Shown here: positions 54,111 to 63,321 of the stretch, one piece after another | Position numbering within the stretch: position 1 is the first letter of the stretch | Layout: every line of letters starts with the position of its first letter | Source: an uncultured Vampirovibrio sp. | GTDB taxonomy: Bacteria; Cyanobacteriota; Vampirovibrionia; Gastranaerophilales; Gastranaerophilaceae | Length of the DNA stretch: 64,000 nt | Direction: 5' to 3' | Assembly: GCA_910583875.1 (NCBI GenBank) | Contig: CAJTXT010000005.1 | Location: forward strand, 72,104 to 136,103 | Made by a program: the position numbers and the translations under genes | The notes under the pieces: generated by a model | The model's database searches: none | The model's input: the letters and a program-made list of their open reading frames with translations, nothing else | Told to the model about the DNA's origin: nothing

Positions 54111-55268
54111 ATGAAAAGATTTGGAATAAAAAAATTAATTTTTAGCTTATTTTTAAGTGCAATCATAATTAATAATGCACAAGCCTTAGAATTTAAAGAT
54201 ATTCCTCATGGTTTTTGGGCATATAAACAAATTGATGAAATGACAAACGAAAAAATAATAAGTGGTTATCCTAACAATACTTTTATGCCCAAAAAATATG
54301 TTACAAGGGCAGAATATTCCGCAATGGTTATAAAAGCATTAGGACAAGAAAATCTTACAATTAACGAAATGTATACCTTTGAAGATATTGACGCCAAACA
54401 TTGGGCATGGGAATACATTTTACGTGCATTAAATTTAGATATATTAAAACCAGCATCAAATAGTTATTTTTATCCTAATGATTATATTACGAGAAGCGAA
54501 GTTATTACATTTCTGGCTAATATTTTAAAAACAGAAGATATATCGAAAAAAGATGCAATAATAGCACTTCAAAATTCATATATTGATTTTGATGACATTC
54601 CTGATTGGTTCAAAGTTACTGCAGGAAAAGCAGAATATTTAAATGTAATAGCAAAAGAACCGCCAAGAGAACATTATCTTGATTACGATGCTTATGTTAC
54701 AAGAGCGCAAATGGCAGTATTTTTAGCTAATTTAAAACATGAAATAGATTCATATCTCCAAGAAAAAATTGATGCTGAAAAAGCACCAAAAATAGGGGAA
54801 GGTATACAAATTGAAAATGTATTACTTGATGATGATGTTGCAACAATTCCGGCAAGAAGTATTCTACCTATAATGATAGTAGGACAAATAAGCAGTAAGA
54901 ATAATGCGCCCGGACAAATGTTTCAAGCAAGATTTGCAAATAATATAGTAGATGATGAACATCATATTTTATTATCAAAAGACATAATTTTAATAGGAAA
55001 AATTCTTGATACTACAAAAGCCGTTAATTTTATTAGAAATGGTGAAATGATGTTTGAATTATCTGCAACAAACAAAAACAATAATATTACAAGAATTTTA
55101 GGTGTTGCAGAATATCAAGCCTCAATTAGTGAAGCAAATAAAATTAAAAAAGCCGCAAAAACAGTTATAAAAGGAACTGATTTTACGGCAAAAGACGGTC
55201 AAATACTATATATAAAACTCTTTAAACCAATGAGAGTGAATATAGTAACAGGTGAAGTGCTGGATTAA
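54111..55268 (+). CDS. SLH-domain envelope protein
   Basis: ATG at 54111 gives the signal peptide 'MKRFGIKKLIFSLFLSAIIINNAQA'. SLH repeats 'FKDIPHGFWAYKQIDEM..GYPNNTFMPKKYVTRAEYSAMVIKAL', 'FEDIDAKHWAW..' and 'FDDIPDWFK..'. Confidence 0.8.
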   Translation: MKRFGIKKLIFSLFLSAIIINNAQALEFKDIPHGFWAYKQIDEMTNEKIISGYPNNTFMPKKYVTRAEYSAMVIKALGQENLTINEMYTFEDIDAKHWAWEYILRALNLDILKPASNSYFYPNDYITRSEVITFLANILKTEDISKKDAIIALQNSYIDFDDIPDWFKVTAGKAEYLNVIAKEPPREHYLDYDAYVTRAQMAVFLANLKHEIDSYLQEKIDAEKAPKIGEGIQIENVLLDDDVATIPARSILPIMIVGQISSKNNAPGQMFQARFANNIVDDEHHILLSKDIILIGKILDTTKAVNFIRNGEMMFELSATNKNNNITRILGVAEYQASISEANKIKKAAKTVIKGTDFTAKDGQILYIKLFKPMRVNIVTGEVLD

Positions 55269-55589
55269 TTAAACTTTTTTATAAACGCCCATATCTTCAA
55301 GTGCTTTTAAAAAGCTTTTTGCAGTAGCTTTTTGAACATCCGGCGGAACAACTCTTAATAGTTCAACTGTTCTTGAAATAACAGGATCTTTATCATACCA
55401 GCGATTACAAACTTTTGGACGAACCATTTCATAGAACTTATCAATAGCCTCTTTAGAAACCTTTTTTTCAATTTCTTGTAAGAAGATTTCAGCCTGAACT
55501 TTAAGTTCATTTTGATAGTTTTGAAGAAGATTAATTACTTCAAGCAAAACAGGATCATGATCATACCATCTTTTATAATTTTGACTCAC
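55269..55589 (-). CDS. hypothetical protein with a duplicated 'RWYDxDPV' module
   Basis: 106 aa. 'KRWYDHDPVLLEVINLL' and 'NRWYDKDPVISRTVELL'. Overlaps the 3' end of murA by 17 nt. Confidence 0.55.
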   Translation of the reverse strand: MSQNYKRWYDHDPVLLEVINLLQNYQNELKVQAEIFLQEIEKKVSKEAIDKFYEMVRPKVCNRWYDKDPVISRTVELLRVVPPDVQKATAKSFLKALEDMGVYKKV

Positions 55590-56898
55590 TAAAATTTCCT
55601 TTATTTTGATTAATAATTACAGAATCCTCATCATTATATCTTTGAATATCTGCACCTATCATTCTAAACTTATTTTCTAATAATTCGTAACCTCTATCTA
55701 TATGATATATGTTATCAATAGTACTAATTCCTTCAGCCATTAAAGCTGCAATAACAAGAGAAGCACCGGCTCTAAGGTCAGAAGCTCGAAGATTAGCACT
55801 TGTAAGATTTTTAACACCTTTAACTAAAGCATGATTTCTTTCTTGATGAATATCAGCACCCATTTTACGAAGTTCAGGCACTTGCATAAATCTGTTTTCA
55901 TACAAACTTTCAGTAATAATACTAACACCGTCAGCAACAGTAGCTAAAGCCATTGCTAAAGATTGTAAATCTGTAGGGAAACCAGGATATGGCTGAGTAA
56001 TTATATTAACAGCTTCTAGTCTTCTTTTGCAGCTTACTTCAATTGAAGTCGGGTCTATAAGTTTAATATCTGCACCCATTTTAGATAACTTTGAAGTATA
56101 GAAAGTTAAATGTCCGGGGAAGACATTTCTAATAATACCTTTACCTTTTGTAGCAATGAAAGCAGCCATATAAGTACCTGCTTCTATCCTATCAGGAATA
56201 GTAGTATATTCTATCGGGTGAATATTTTCTTGTTTAACACCATTAATAACAATTTCAGAAGTACCGGCCCCAATTACATCAGCGCCCATAGCATTTAAGA
56301 AATTAGCTAAATCTATAATTTCAGGTTCTTGTGCAGCATTTTGAATTCTTGTTGAACCTTCTGCAAGAACAGAAGCAAGCATAATATTTTCTGTAGCACC
56401 AACAGACGGTATATCAAGATAAATATCAGTACCAGTTAGTTTTCTTGCTTTTGCATGAACGTATCCATTCTCAATTTTAACAGTTGTTCCTAATGCTTCA
56501 AGCCCTCTAATATGAAAATCAACTTTTCTTTCACCAATAGCACACCCGCCAGGAAGAGCAACTATTGCTTCTTTAAATCTTCCGACTAATGCACCTAAAA
56601 CAACAAAAGATGCTCTCATTCTGCTAACAAGTTCATAGCTGGCTTTTAAGCTTGTAATATTAGAAGCATCAATAGTAATAGACTTTTCTACTTTGTCATA
56701 TTTCGTCTTAGCGCCTAATTGTTCTAAAACATTAAGCATAATAACAACATCTGTTAGTTCCGGAACATTATAAATTTTACTTTCACCTTTAGCCAGTAAT
56801 GCTGCTGCCATAAGTTTTAATACTGCATTTTTTGCCCCGCTGACAGCCACTTCGCCCTTTAATTGTTTACCGCCAATTATCCTAATCTTTTCGGTCAA
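55573..56898 (-). CDS. murA: UDP-N-acetylglucosamine 1-carboxyvinyltransferase
   Basis: 441 aa. 'ISGAKNAVLKLMAAALLA' and 'LPGGCAIGERKVDFHIRGL' (active-site Cys). Confidence 0.95.
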   Translation of the reverse strand: MTEKIRIIGGKQLKGEVAVSGAKNAVLKLMAAALLAKGESKIYNVPELTDVVIMLNVLEQLGAKTKYDKVEKSITIDASNITSLKASYELVSRMRASFVVLGALVGRFKEAIVALPGGCAIGERKVDFHIRGLEALGTTVKIENGYVHAKARKLTGTDIYLDIPSVGATENIMLASVLAEGSTRIQNAAQEPEIIDLANFLNAMGADVIGAGTSEIVINGVKQENIHPIEYTTIPDRIEAGTYMAAFIATKGKGIIRNVFPGHLTFYTSKLSKMGADIKLIDPTSIEVSCKRRLEAVNIITQPYPGFPTDLQSLAMALATVADGVSIITESLYENRFMQVPELRKMGADIHQERNHALVKGVKNLTSANLRASDLRAGASLVIAALMAEGISTIDNIYHIDRGYELLENKFRMIGADIQRYNDEDSVIINQNKGNFSESKL

Positions 56899-57080
56899 TG
56901 TTCCTCCAACTGATTTTGATGTCCCAATCTATAAACCTGCTATTAATATAATAATATAACTTATGCTATAACGGGTAAATAGATTAACTATTGTAAACAC
57001 ATAAAATTATATCATTCAAATATACTATATTATAAGAAAGCATTTGCATATAAAATAAAAGAAAGAATAGAGGATTTTTT

Positions 57081-57476
57081 ATGGAATTGAATCAAGAACT
57101 TTTAGAAAAAGCAAAAGAAGCTTCACAAAAAGCCTACTGTAAATATTCCGAATTTCCGGTAGGTGCATGTGCTTTCTTTGAAAGCGGCAATAGCTATATT
57201 GGCTGTAATGTTGAAAATTCCAGCTACGGGCTTGCTTTATGTGCGGAAAGAAATGCGCTTTCTACAGCGATTGTAAAGGGTGAAACTTCGAAACTTGTAA
57301 AACTTGCTATATATTCGCCAAAATCCTCAAAATGTTTCCCTTGCGGGGCATGCCGTCAATGGATTAAAGAATTTTCAAAAGGTTTTAATACAGAAATAAT
57401 CCTTGAAGATGAAACAGGCAATTGTTGTTCATTTTACATAGATGAACTTTTGCCTTATGAGTTCCAATTAGTGTAA
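57081..57476 (+). CDS. cdd: cytidine deaminase
   Basis: 'CAERNAL' and 'PCGACRQW' zinc-binding motifs; 131 aa. Confidence 0.9.
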   Translation: MELNQELLEKAKEASQKAYCKYSEFPVGACAFFESGNSYIGCNVENSSYGLALCAERNALSTAIVKGETSKLVKLAIYSPKSSKCFPCGACRQWIKEFSKGFNTEIILEDETGNCCSFYIDELLPYEFQLV

Positions 57477-57511
57477 AATAGTATTGTACAAATGAAAAAG
57501 AGGAAATTTTA

Positions 57512-58297
57512 ATGGCTGATTATACCATTAATTATGAAGAAATTACACAATGGCTTCAGTTATATAAAGAATCTGAAAACGAAAAACAAAAAAAGCATTT
57601 GCAAAATGTTATAGTAATAGCAACCATGCCGCTTGTAAAAAAGATTGCCCATGGACTTGCAAGAAGAAACACTGACCCTGTTGAAGATATTATTCAAGTT
57701 GGAAGTGTTGGTTTGGTTAAAGCTATACAATTATATAATCCTAAAGTCAGCGAGAATTTTAAAACTTATGCTACTTATTTGATTACAGGTGAAATAAGAC
57801 ATTATTTGCGTGATAAAGTTTCCATGATTAAAGCTCCAAGGGAAATTTATGAGCTTGCATACCGCGTAAATAAACTTATGCAAAAATTGAAAGATGACCA
57901 AGGAAATGAACCTTCTGAAAAAGTTTTAGCAGAAGAACTTGGAACATCAGTCGGCAAAATAAAAGAAGTTATTGATGTTGAAAGAAGAAAACAAACTATT
58001 TCTTTAGACCAAGTTATAACAACAGGTGCAGATGAATCATTATCATTATTCGATAAAATTGCAGATGATAATCACTATAATTTAGAATCGTTCCAAGAAG
58101 ATAAAATCTTGATAAAAGATGCAATCAACCGTCTTGACGAAAAATTGCAAGAGGTTATTATTTTAAATTATTTTGAAGATATGAGCCAAACACAAATTGC
58201 TACAAAGCTTGGCATTTCTCAAATGCAAGTATCAAGAAGATTGAAAAAAGCATTAAATATGCTGCTTCATATCTTATCTGAAAAAGAGAAAGTATAA
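57512..58297 (+). CDS. sigma-70 family alternative sigma factor (group 3, SigB/F-like)
   Basis: 'DIIQVGSVGLVKAIQLY', 'YATYLITGEIRHYLRD' and region 4.2 'SQTQIATKLGISQMQVSRRLKKAL'. Confidence 0.85.
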   Translation: MADYTINYEEITQWLQLYKESENEKQKKHLQNVIVIATMPLVKKIAHGLARRNTDPVEDIIQVGSVGLVKAIQLYNPKVSENFKTYATYLITGEIRHYLRDKVSMIKAPREIYELAYRVNKLMQKLKDDQGNEPSEKVLAEELGTSVGKIKEVIDVERRKQTISLDQVITTGADESLSLFDKIADDNHYNLESFQEDKILIKDAINRLDEKLQEVIILNYFEDMSQTQIATKLGISQMQVSRRLKKALNMLLHILSEKEKV

Positions 58298-58313
58298 AAT
58301 TAAGGCGGAAATT

Positions 58314-59432
58314 ATGATAGATGAAATTTTGTTAATATGCTTTTTTGTTCTAGTTATCGGAGCTTGCATAGGCAGTTTTTTAAATGTAGTTGCTCTAAGA
58401 GCTATTTCAAAAGAATCTATTGTACTTCCACCATCAAAATGTCCTGAATGCGGGGAACCTATAAAATGGTACGATAATATACCCGTTTTATCATATTTAT
58501 TCACTTTTAAAGGTAAATGCAGAAATTGCGGCTGCAAGGTTAGCAAACAATATCCTATTGTTGAAGCGTTAACAGCTGTTATATTTTTAGCTGTATTTTT
58601 AGCTTTCGGAGCAAGTATAAAAACAATTCTTTTACTTATTTTATTATGTATTTCAATTGTTATTTGTATTACAGATTTTAAAAAAGAATATGTATTTGAC
58701 TCTCACAGCTGGGCTTTAATTATTTTTTCAATTATTGCTTCATTATACTTTAATGGTTTAGAAAATTATTCTAAACCTGCAATCGGCTTGATAGTTGGGG
58801 TTGTTGCAATGGAAGCTGTTGCAAGGCTTGCATATTATCTTATAAGAAAGAAATCTCAAGAAAAAACAGCAGATACGGAAAATAACGAAGAAGTAAAAGA
58901 AGAAGTACAAACAGAAACACCAAGCGAAGAATCAACAGAAGTTGCTAATCAAGATGAAGATATCAATATTAACGAATATGTTGAAAAAAACAAACGTGCT
59001 TTTGGTGAAGGTGATACATACTTAGCAGCTGCAGCAGGCGCATTATTAGGCTGGAAATATCTTCTTGCCGCTATTGGTTTAGCTATTATTTTGCAAGCTG
59101 TTTGCATACTTCCTCAGTTCTTGATGAATTTATACAAACAAAAACAATTTAGATTATTATTCTCTTTAACAGCATTTATTGTTTTAGCATGCATATATTG
59201 GATTATTTCAAATATTGTAAGCGTAAACATCTTTGTTGCATTTGGTTTTGTAATTGCGTTAATTTTCTTTGCAATAGATTCTATTACAAGATTAAAGCAG
59301 ACAGTAAACGACCAAGGCTTTGCTGCAATTCCGTTTGGACCCGCATTATTATGCGCAACATTTTTACTATTTTTCTACGGTCCATACATTATAGGATTTT
59401 TGAAAAAACATATATTTATGATTTTAGGATAA
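58314..59432 (+). CDS. pilD: prepilin peptidase (A24 family) with an acidic insertion
   Basis: 'CPECGEPIKWYDNIPVLSYL...CRNCG', Asp motifs 'ITDFKK' and 'GEGDTYL'. Glu-rich insert of about 50 aa. Confidence 0.85.
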   Translation: MIDEILLICFFVLVIGACIGSFLNVVALRAISKESIVLPPSKCPECGEPIKWYDNIPVLSYLFTFKGKCRNCGCKVSKQYPIVEALTAVIFLAVFLAFGASIKTILLLILLCISIVICITDFKKEYVFDSHSWALIIFSIIASLYFNGLENYSKPAIGLIVGVVAMEAVARLAYYLIRKKSQEKTADTENNEEVKEEVQTETPSEESTEVANQDEDININEYVEKNKRAFGEGDTYLAAAAGALLGWKYLLAAIGLAIILQAVCILPQFLMNLYKQKQFRLLFSLTAFIVLACIYWIISNIVSVNIFVAFGFVIALIFFAIDSITRLKQTVNDQGFAAIPFGPALLCATFLLFFYGPYIIGFLKKHIFMILG

Positions 59433-60221
59433 TTTTTTTAACTCTATAAGCAAAAGATAATAATATTTTGCAAGTGCTTGAGTTAAATTATCAACTTGGA
59501 ACTTAGCAGGAATGATTTGATGCATTTCTGCTTCAAGAAAATATTCATTATCAATTTCTTTTAAAAGTTCCATTTGCATAATATCTTTTTTATTATTTCC
59601 GCTCAATATTTGTACAATAATTTGCTTTTCCATATCTTTTAAGGTTAAAAACTTTTTCTTTTTATTATCTTCAAGCCAAAAGAAAAGAAAATGTAAATTT
59701 AAAATAACGTTTTTTAGGTTTAGTTTTATATTAGGGTTAATATAATCATAGGCGATTTCAAAAATTACCGAATTAAAATAATAGCGTTCAGAAAGGTATC
59801 TAAGTTCAAGTTCTTTATATATTTTTTTGAGAAAATCTATAAAAATTTTATCTGTCTCAAACAGATATTTCATTTTATATAATTGTTTTTCATATTTTTC
59901 TTTATTATTCAAATGTTTTTTAAGAAGCAAGTATTGTTTTTTAATCTCGGGCGGGAGGTTAAATATTTGTTCGACAAGGTAGGTAATTAAAAAACCTTCT
60001 TTTTCATTTGTGGTTTTAAGTTTATTGAACACGATATTAAGGCTGGTTTCGATATTTTTATCAAAACCAAGTATATGTTTCAAATTTTGAAGCATATTGT
60101 AGGATTTATTAAGATTTAGGCATAATATATTTTGCATTTTTGAAGTTAGATACAAATTAAAATTATCTCGTATAAAACGATTATCCTTTATATTTAATAC
60201 ATAAAATAAATTTATTTTCAA
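59424..60221 (-). CDS. hypothetical protein
   Basis: 265 aa. No recognisable motif. Confidence 0.45.
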   Translation of the reverse strand: MKINLFYVLNIKDNRFIRDNFNLYLTSKMQNILCLNLNKSYNMLQNLKHILGFDKNIETSLNIVFNKLKTTNEKEGFLITYLVEQIFNLPPEIKKQYLLLKKHLNNKEKYEKQLYKMKYLFETDKIFIDFLKKIYKELELRYLSERYYFNSVIFEIAYDYINPNIKLNLKNVILNLHFLFFWLEDNKKKKFLTLKDMEKQIIVQILSGNNKKDIMQMELLKEIDNEYFLEAEMHQIIPAKFQVDNLTQALAKYYYLLLIELKKLS

Positions 60222-60305
60222 TAAAATTTATAGTTTAAATGCAACAAATATGACTACTCTTTAAGTGTATAGATTGTAGTATTGAAATACCCTAAACTTA
60301 TAAAT

Positions 60306-60656
60306 ATGAACATATCAGAAATATTTGGACATAATGTAAAAAAATATAGGGACTTGCACAATTTATCACAAGAAGAATTGGCATTTCGTTTGTCGGTTAA
60401 TCTGTCTAATATAACAAGGATTGAGGCTGGAGCACAATTTGTTACCGCTGAAACATTACAGAAAATTGTTGATATTTTCAACATTGAACCATCAAAATTA
60501 TTTGAAGTAAATAAAGAAGATATAAAACAAAATAAAAAAAGTACAAATAAAGAAAAACTAATAAAATATATAGAAGTTCAAACAGAAGAAGATTCTAAAT
60601 ATTTTCTAGCTTGTTTTAAACAATACATAAAACACATAGCAAAAATATCAAAATAA
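60306..60656 (+). CDS. XRE-family HTH protein, paralogue 1
   Basis: 'FGHNVKKYRDLHNLSQEELAFRLSVNLSNITRIEAG'. Start set at the internal Met; the ORF track starts at 60282. Confidence 0.7.
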   Translation: MNISEIFGHNVKKYRDLHNLSQEELAFRLSVNLSNITRIEAGAQFVTAETLQKIVDIFNIEPSKLFEVNKEDIKQNKKSTNKEKLIKYIEVQTEEDSKYFLACFKQYIKHIAKISK

Positions 60657-60660
60657 TGTT

Positions 60661-60993
60661 TTAATTATCTTTTAATGCATCTATTATCGTAAGTATAATT
60701 TTTCTTTTCTCAAAAGATAAATCTTTGAATTTTTCGCATATTAAGAATTGAAGTTCTTTATCATCAATGTTTAAAGACTCATCATCAAATAAAAATAATC
60801 TTGCGACAGGAAGATTTAAAGTTTCTACTACTTTGACAAAAACAGGATATGAAGGGAAAGTATAACCTGTTTCAATACCTGATAATGTTTGGGGAGTAAT
60901 GCCTGCTTTATCCGCAAAATCAATTTGGCTTAACCCTAACTTATTTCTATAATATTTAACTCTTTTTCCAAAGTCTTTTTTAAAATCCATCAT
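60661..60993 (-). CDS. XRE-family HTH protein, paralogue 2
   Basis: 'FGKRVKYYRNKLGLSQIDFADKAGITPQTLSGIETG'. Confidence 0.75.
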   Translation of the reverse strand: MMDFKKDFGKRVKYYRNKLGLSQIDFADKAGITPQTLSGIETGYTFPSYPVFVKVVETLNLPVARLFLFDDESLNIDDKELQFLICEKFKDLSFEKRKIILTIIDALKDN

Positions 60994-61075
60994 TATTCAA
61001 ATGTAATAATGATAAGCATTTTTAGCAATCAACTATAATCGTATTATTCGACTATGATTTAAATGGTTATAATTT

Positions 61076-61218
61076 ATACTACACTTAAAAATTTATTGTC
61101 ACCCTGAATTTATTTCAGGGTCTTACCAGCTTATTAGTAATTTTTTAATTCTTTATCCATTATAAATCTTTAGTATTCATTTCTTATTGGTAAGATGCTG
61201 AAACAAGTTCAGCATGAC
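61076..61218. mobile_element. family-1 MITE with a long spacer
   Basis: Hairpins 61098-61126 (ccctg variant) and 61189-61218 (tgctg variant). Spacer of about 62 nt. Confidence 0.8.
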
Positions 61219-61290
61219 ATATTTAATTTTTTCCTAATAAGATTCAAAGTTATATCAATTTAACTATTTTTCCAAAATATTTATAATACT

Positions 61291-61629
61291 ATGACAAAAA
61301 GTACTCTTAAAAAAGAATTAGGTTCAAAATTTCAATCTATGAGGAAACGCCTAGGTTTATCACAAGAAAAACTAGCAGAGTTAATAGGTGTATCAACCAA
61401 CACCATATCAAAGATTGAAACAGGAAATAGATTCCCATCTTGTAAAACATTCGAAAATATAGCTAGTGCTTTAGAAATAAATTTATCAGAGTTATTTGAT
61501 TTCACAAATAAAAACATTCAACCAGATGTAACCAAATCTTTAATTCTTGAATTAAAAGAATGCGATATTGAAACACAAAAAGTTATTCTAGCTTTTACAA
61601 GATTTTATAAAAAAGAACATCACAAATAA
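61291..61629 (+). CDS. XRE-family HTH protein, paralogue 3
   Basis: 'LGSKFQSMRKRLGLSQEKLAELIGVSTNTISKIETG'. Confidence 0.75.
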   Translation: MTKSTLKKELGSKFQSMRKRLGLSQEKLAELIGVSTNTISKIETGNRFPSCKTFENIASALEINLSELFDFTNKNIQPDVTKSLILELKECDIETQKVILAFTRFYKKEHHK

Positions 61630-61636
61630 TTTTTGA

Positions 61637-61846
61637 GAGTTATATAAAATTTACACAGAATCTACTTAAAATACAGCAATAATGTCATGCTGAACTTGTT
61701 TCAGCATCTTACCAATAAGGAATTGAAACAAAAGAATACAATATATAAGAATAAAAAGCATAATTATAAGCTGGTAAGACCCTGAAACAAGTTCAGGGTG
61801 ACAACTTTAGATAGTTCAATTTATAGTTGTATATAGCCCATAATTT
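61637..61846. mobile_element. family-1 MITE with a long spacer, inverted relative to the 61076 copy
   Basis: Hairpin order is reversed (tgctg, then ccctg). The spacer ends 'caataagg...ataagctg' match the reverse complement of the 61127-61188 spacer. Confidence 0.8.
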
Positions 61847-61928
61847 TTTTAGTACTCATTATAAGAGGACAATAACAATCTAGAAAATACTAACTATATT
61901 ACTTATTATTATTCAAAGGAGAATTATC

Positions 61929-62270
61929 ATGAATAATATAAGTATATTAAAAGAAATAGGCAAATTTCTGAAAATGTATAGAGAATCTAAAAATATATCA
62001 ATAAAAGAACTATCAAAACGCACAAACCTAAGTGAAGATGAAATAATTAAAATTGAAAATGCAGAAATTGACCAATATATGTTTGTAAATGCCTTTGTAA
62101 ATTATGTAATGAAAATCTATGTAAAAGCTTTATCTGACAATAAATAAATTAATTTTGATAGTTCTGCAAACTATGATAACGCCATAAATATTGCAGCCCA
62201 AAATCTTAATGATAAAGATAAACAATTTATCCTTAATTTTATTCAGCTTTATCAAAAATCAAAACAATAA
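61929..62270 (+). pseudogene. XRE-family HTH paralogue 4 with an in-frame TAA at 62145
   Basis: After the stop the same frame reads 'INFDSSANYDNAINIAAQNLNDKDKQFILNFIQLYQKSKQ*'. This aligns with the C-terminal halves of paralogues 1-3. Confidence 0.55.
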
Positions 62271-62292
62271 ATTATATACTTATAAATAAACT

Positions 62293-62425
62293 GTCACCCT
62301 GAATTTATTTGACTACTTTTTCCGAAATCTATGATTTCGAGAAAAATGTCTGGTTTTCCACAGGGTCTTACCAGCTAAAATATTATTTTCAAATTGGTAA
62401 GATGCTGAAAAAAGTTCAGCATGAC
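62293..62425. mobile_element. family-1 MITE carrying a nested insertion
   Basis: 'gtcaccctgaatttattt|...|agggtcttac' plus 'ggtaagatgctgaaaaaagttcagcatgac'. Confidence 0.8.
62311..62361 (+). mobile_element. nested 51-nt mini-element (family 3)
   Basis: Identical to the 40756 copy by eye. Confidence 0.85.
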
Positions 62426-62680
62426 AGTTATTATTTTTAATAATGTATCAAATAAAAAACATTTACATTTCCAAAAGTCACCAATACCACAAAGTTTTGG
62501 AAATATATTTCCAAAACTCTAATTTTATACAAAAATCATATTAATAACATTCGATAATATTCCTAATGTTTCACACAATGGAATAAAACAAATATTTGCA
62601 CTAGATTGGTTATTATCTTAATAATAGTTTTTTAAAAATTTTTTATTTGACTTTTATTTAAACATCATTAAATAAAAAAT

Positions 62681-63058
62681 ATGTTATTCGATTTCCTAAA
62701 ACAAAAGCATGAATGCCAGCATAAGAATGTACCAATAGATGTTGATGAAGCATACTGCCCTGATTGCGGAGCATTAGTTAAAAACAAATGGTACCTTGTT
62801 CGCTGCAGCTGCTGCAACATAAAACGCAGCGCACATACGCAATATAATGAAATAAAACCGGACTCTAAATACTGCCCAAACTGCGGTGCTACAGATTTTT
62901 ATGTCCAAGAACTTGATAAAGTTAATTTTATGGATATTCATTATGCAATTTATAAAAAAGTTATAATACCGCAAGGCAATTGCACCACACGTCAAATATG
63001 GATAGAAAAGGAGGAAAATCTATTACAGGAGAAAAAACTCATAGGGTTTAGGAATTAA
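62681..63058 (+). CDS. double zinc-ribbon protein
   Basis: 'CPDCGALV...CSCCN' and 'CPNCGATDF'. 125 aa. Confidence 0.55.
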   Translation: MLFDFLKQKHECQHKNVPIDVDEAYCPDCGALVKNKWYLVRCSCCNIKRSAHTQYNEIKPDSKYCPNCGATDFYVQELDKVNFMDIHYAIYKKVIIPQGNCTTRQIWIEKEENLLQEKKLIGFRN

Positions 63059-63065
63059 TACACGA

Positions 63066-63093
63066 AAGACCGTCAAAATGGCGGTCTTTTTTT
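63066..63093 (+). terminator. rho-independent terminator
   Basis: Stem aagaccg/cggtctt, 9-nt loop, T-run. Confidence 0.6.
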
Positions 63094-63210
63094 GCGGAAT
63101 AAGAAAAATGCACAAGGGGTATTTGTTTCGAAGTCCATTGATTTTAGGAACCGCGAAATTACAGGACGAGAAGCAAATACCCCTTGTGCATTTTTCTTAT
63201 TCCGCAAAAA
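63089..63210 (+). repeat. family-2 repeat
   Basis: Perfect 37-bp outer arms 'tttttgcggaataagaaaaatgcacaaggggtatttg'. Core 'gtccattgattttaggaaccgcgaaattacaggac'. Confidence 0.88.
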
Positions 63211-63312
63211 CAAACAACAAAACAGTAAAAGATTTAATTTTTCGTCCTGTGATTTCGCGGTTCCTAAAATCAATGGACTTCAAAATTAAATCTTTTACTG
63301 TTTTGTTGTTTG
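63211..63312 (-). repeat. family-2 repeat, abutting the previous copy in opposite orientation
   Basis: Perfect 31-bp arms 'caaacaacaaaacagtaaaagatttaatttt'. Core 'gtcctgtgatttcgcggttcctaaaatcaatggac'. Confidence 0.88.
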
Positions 63313-63321
63313 TTTTTAAGC

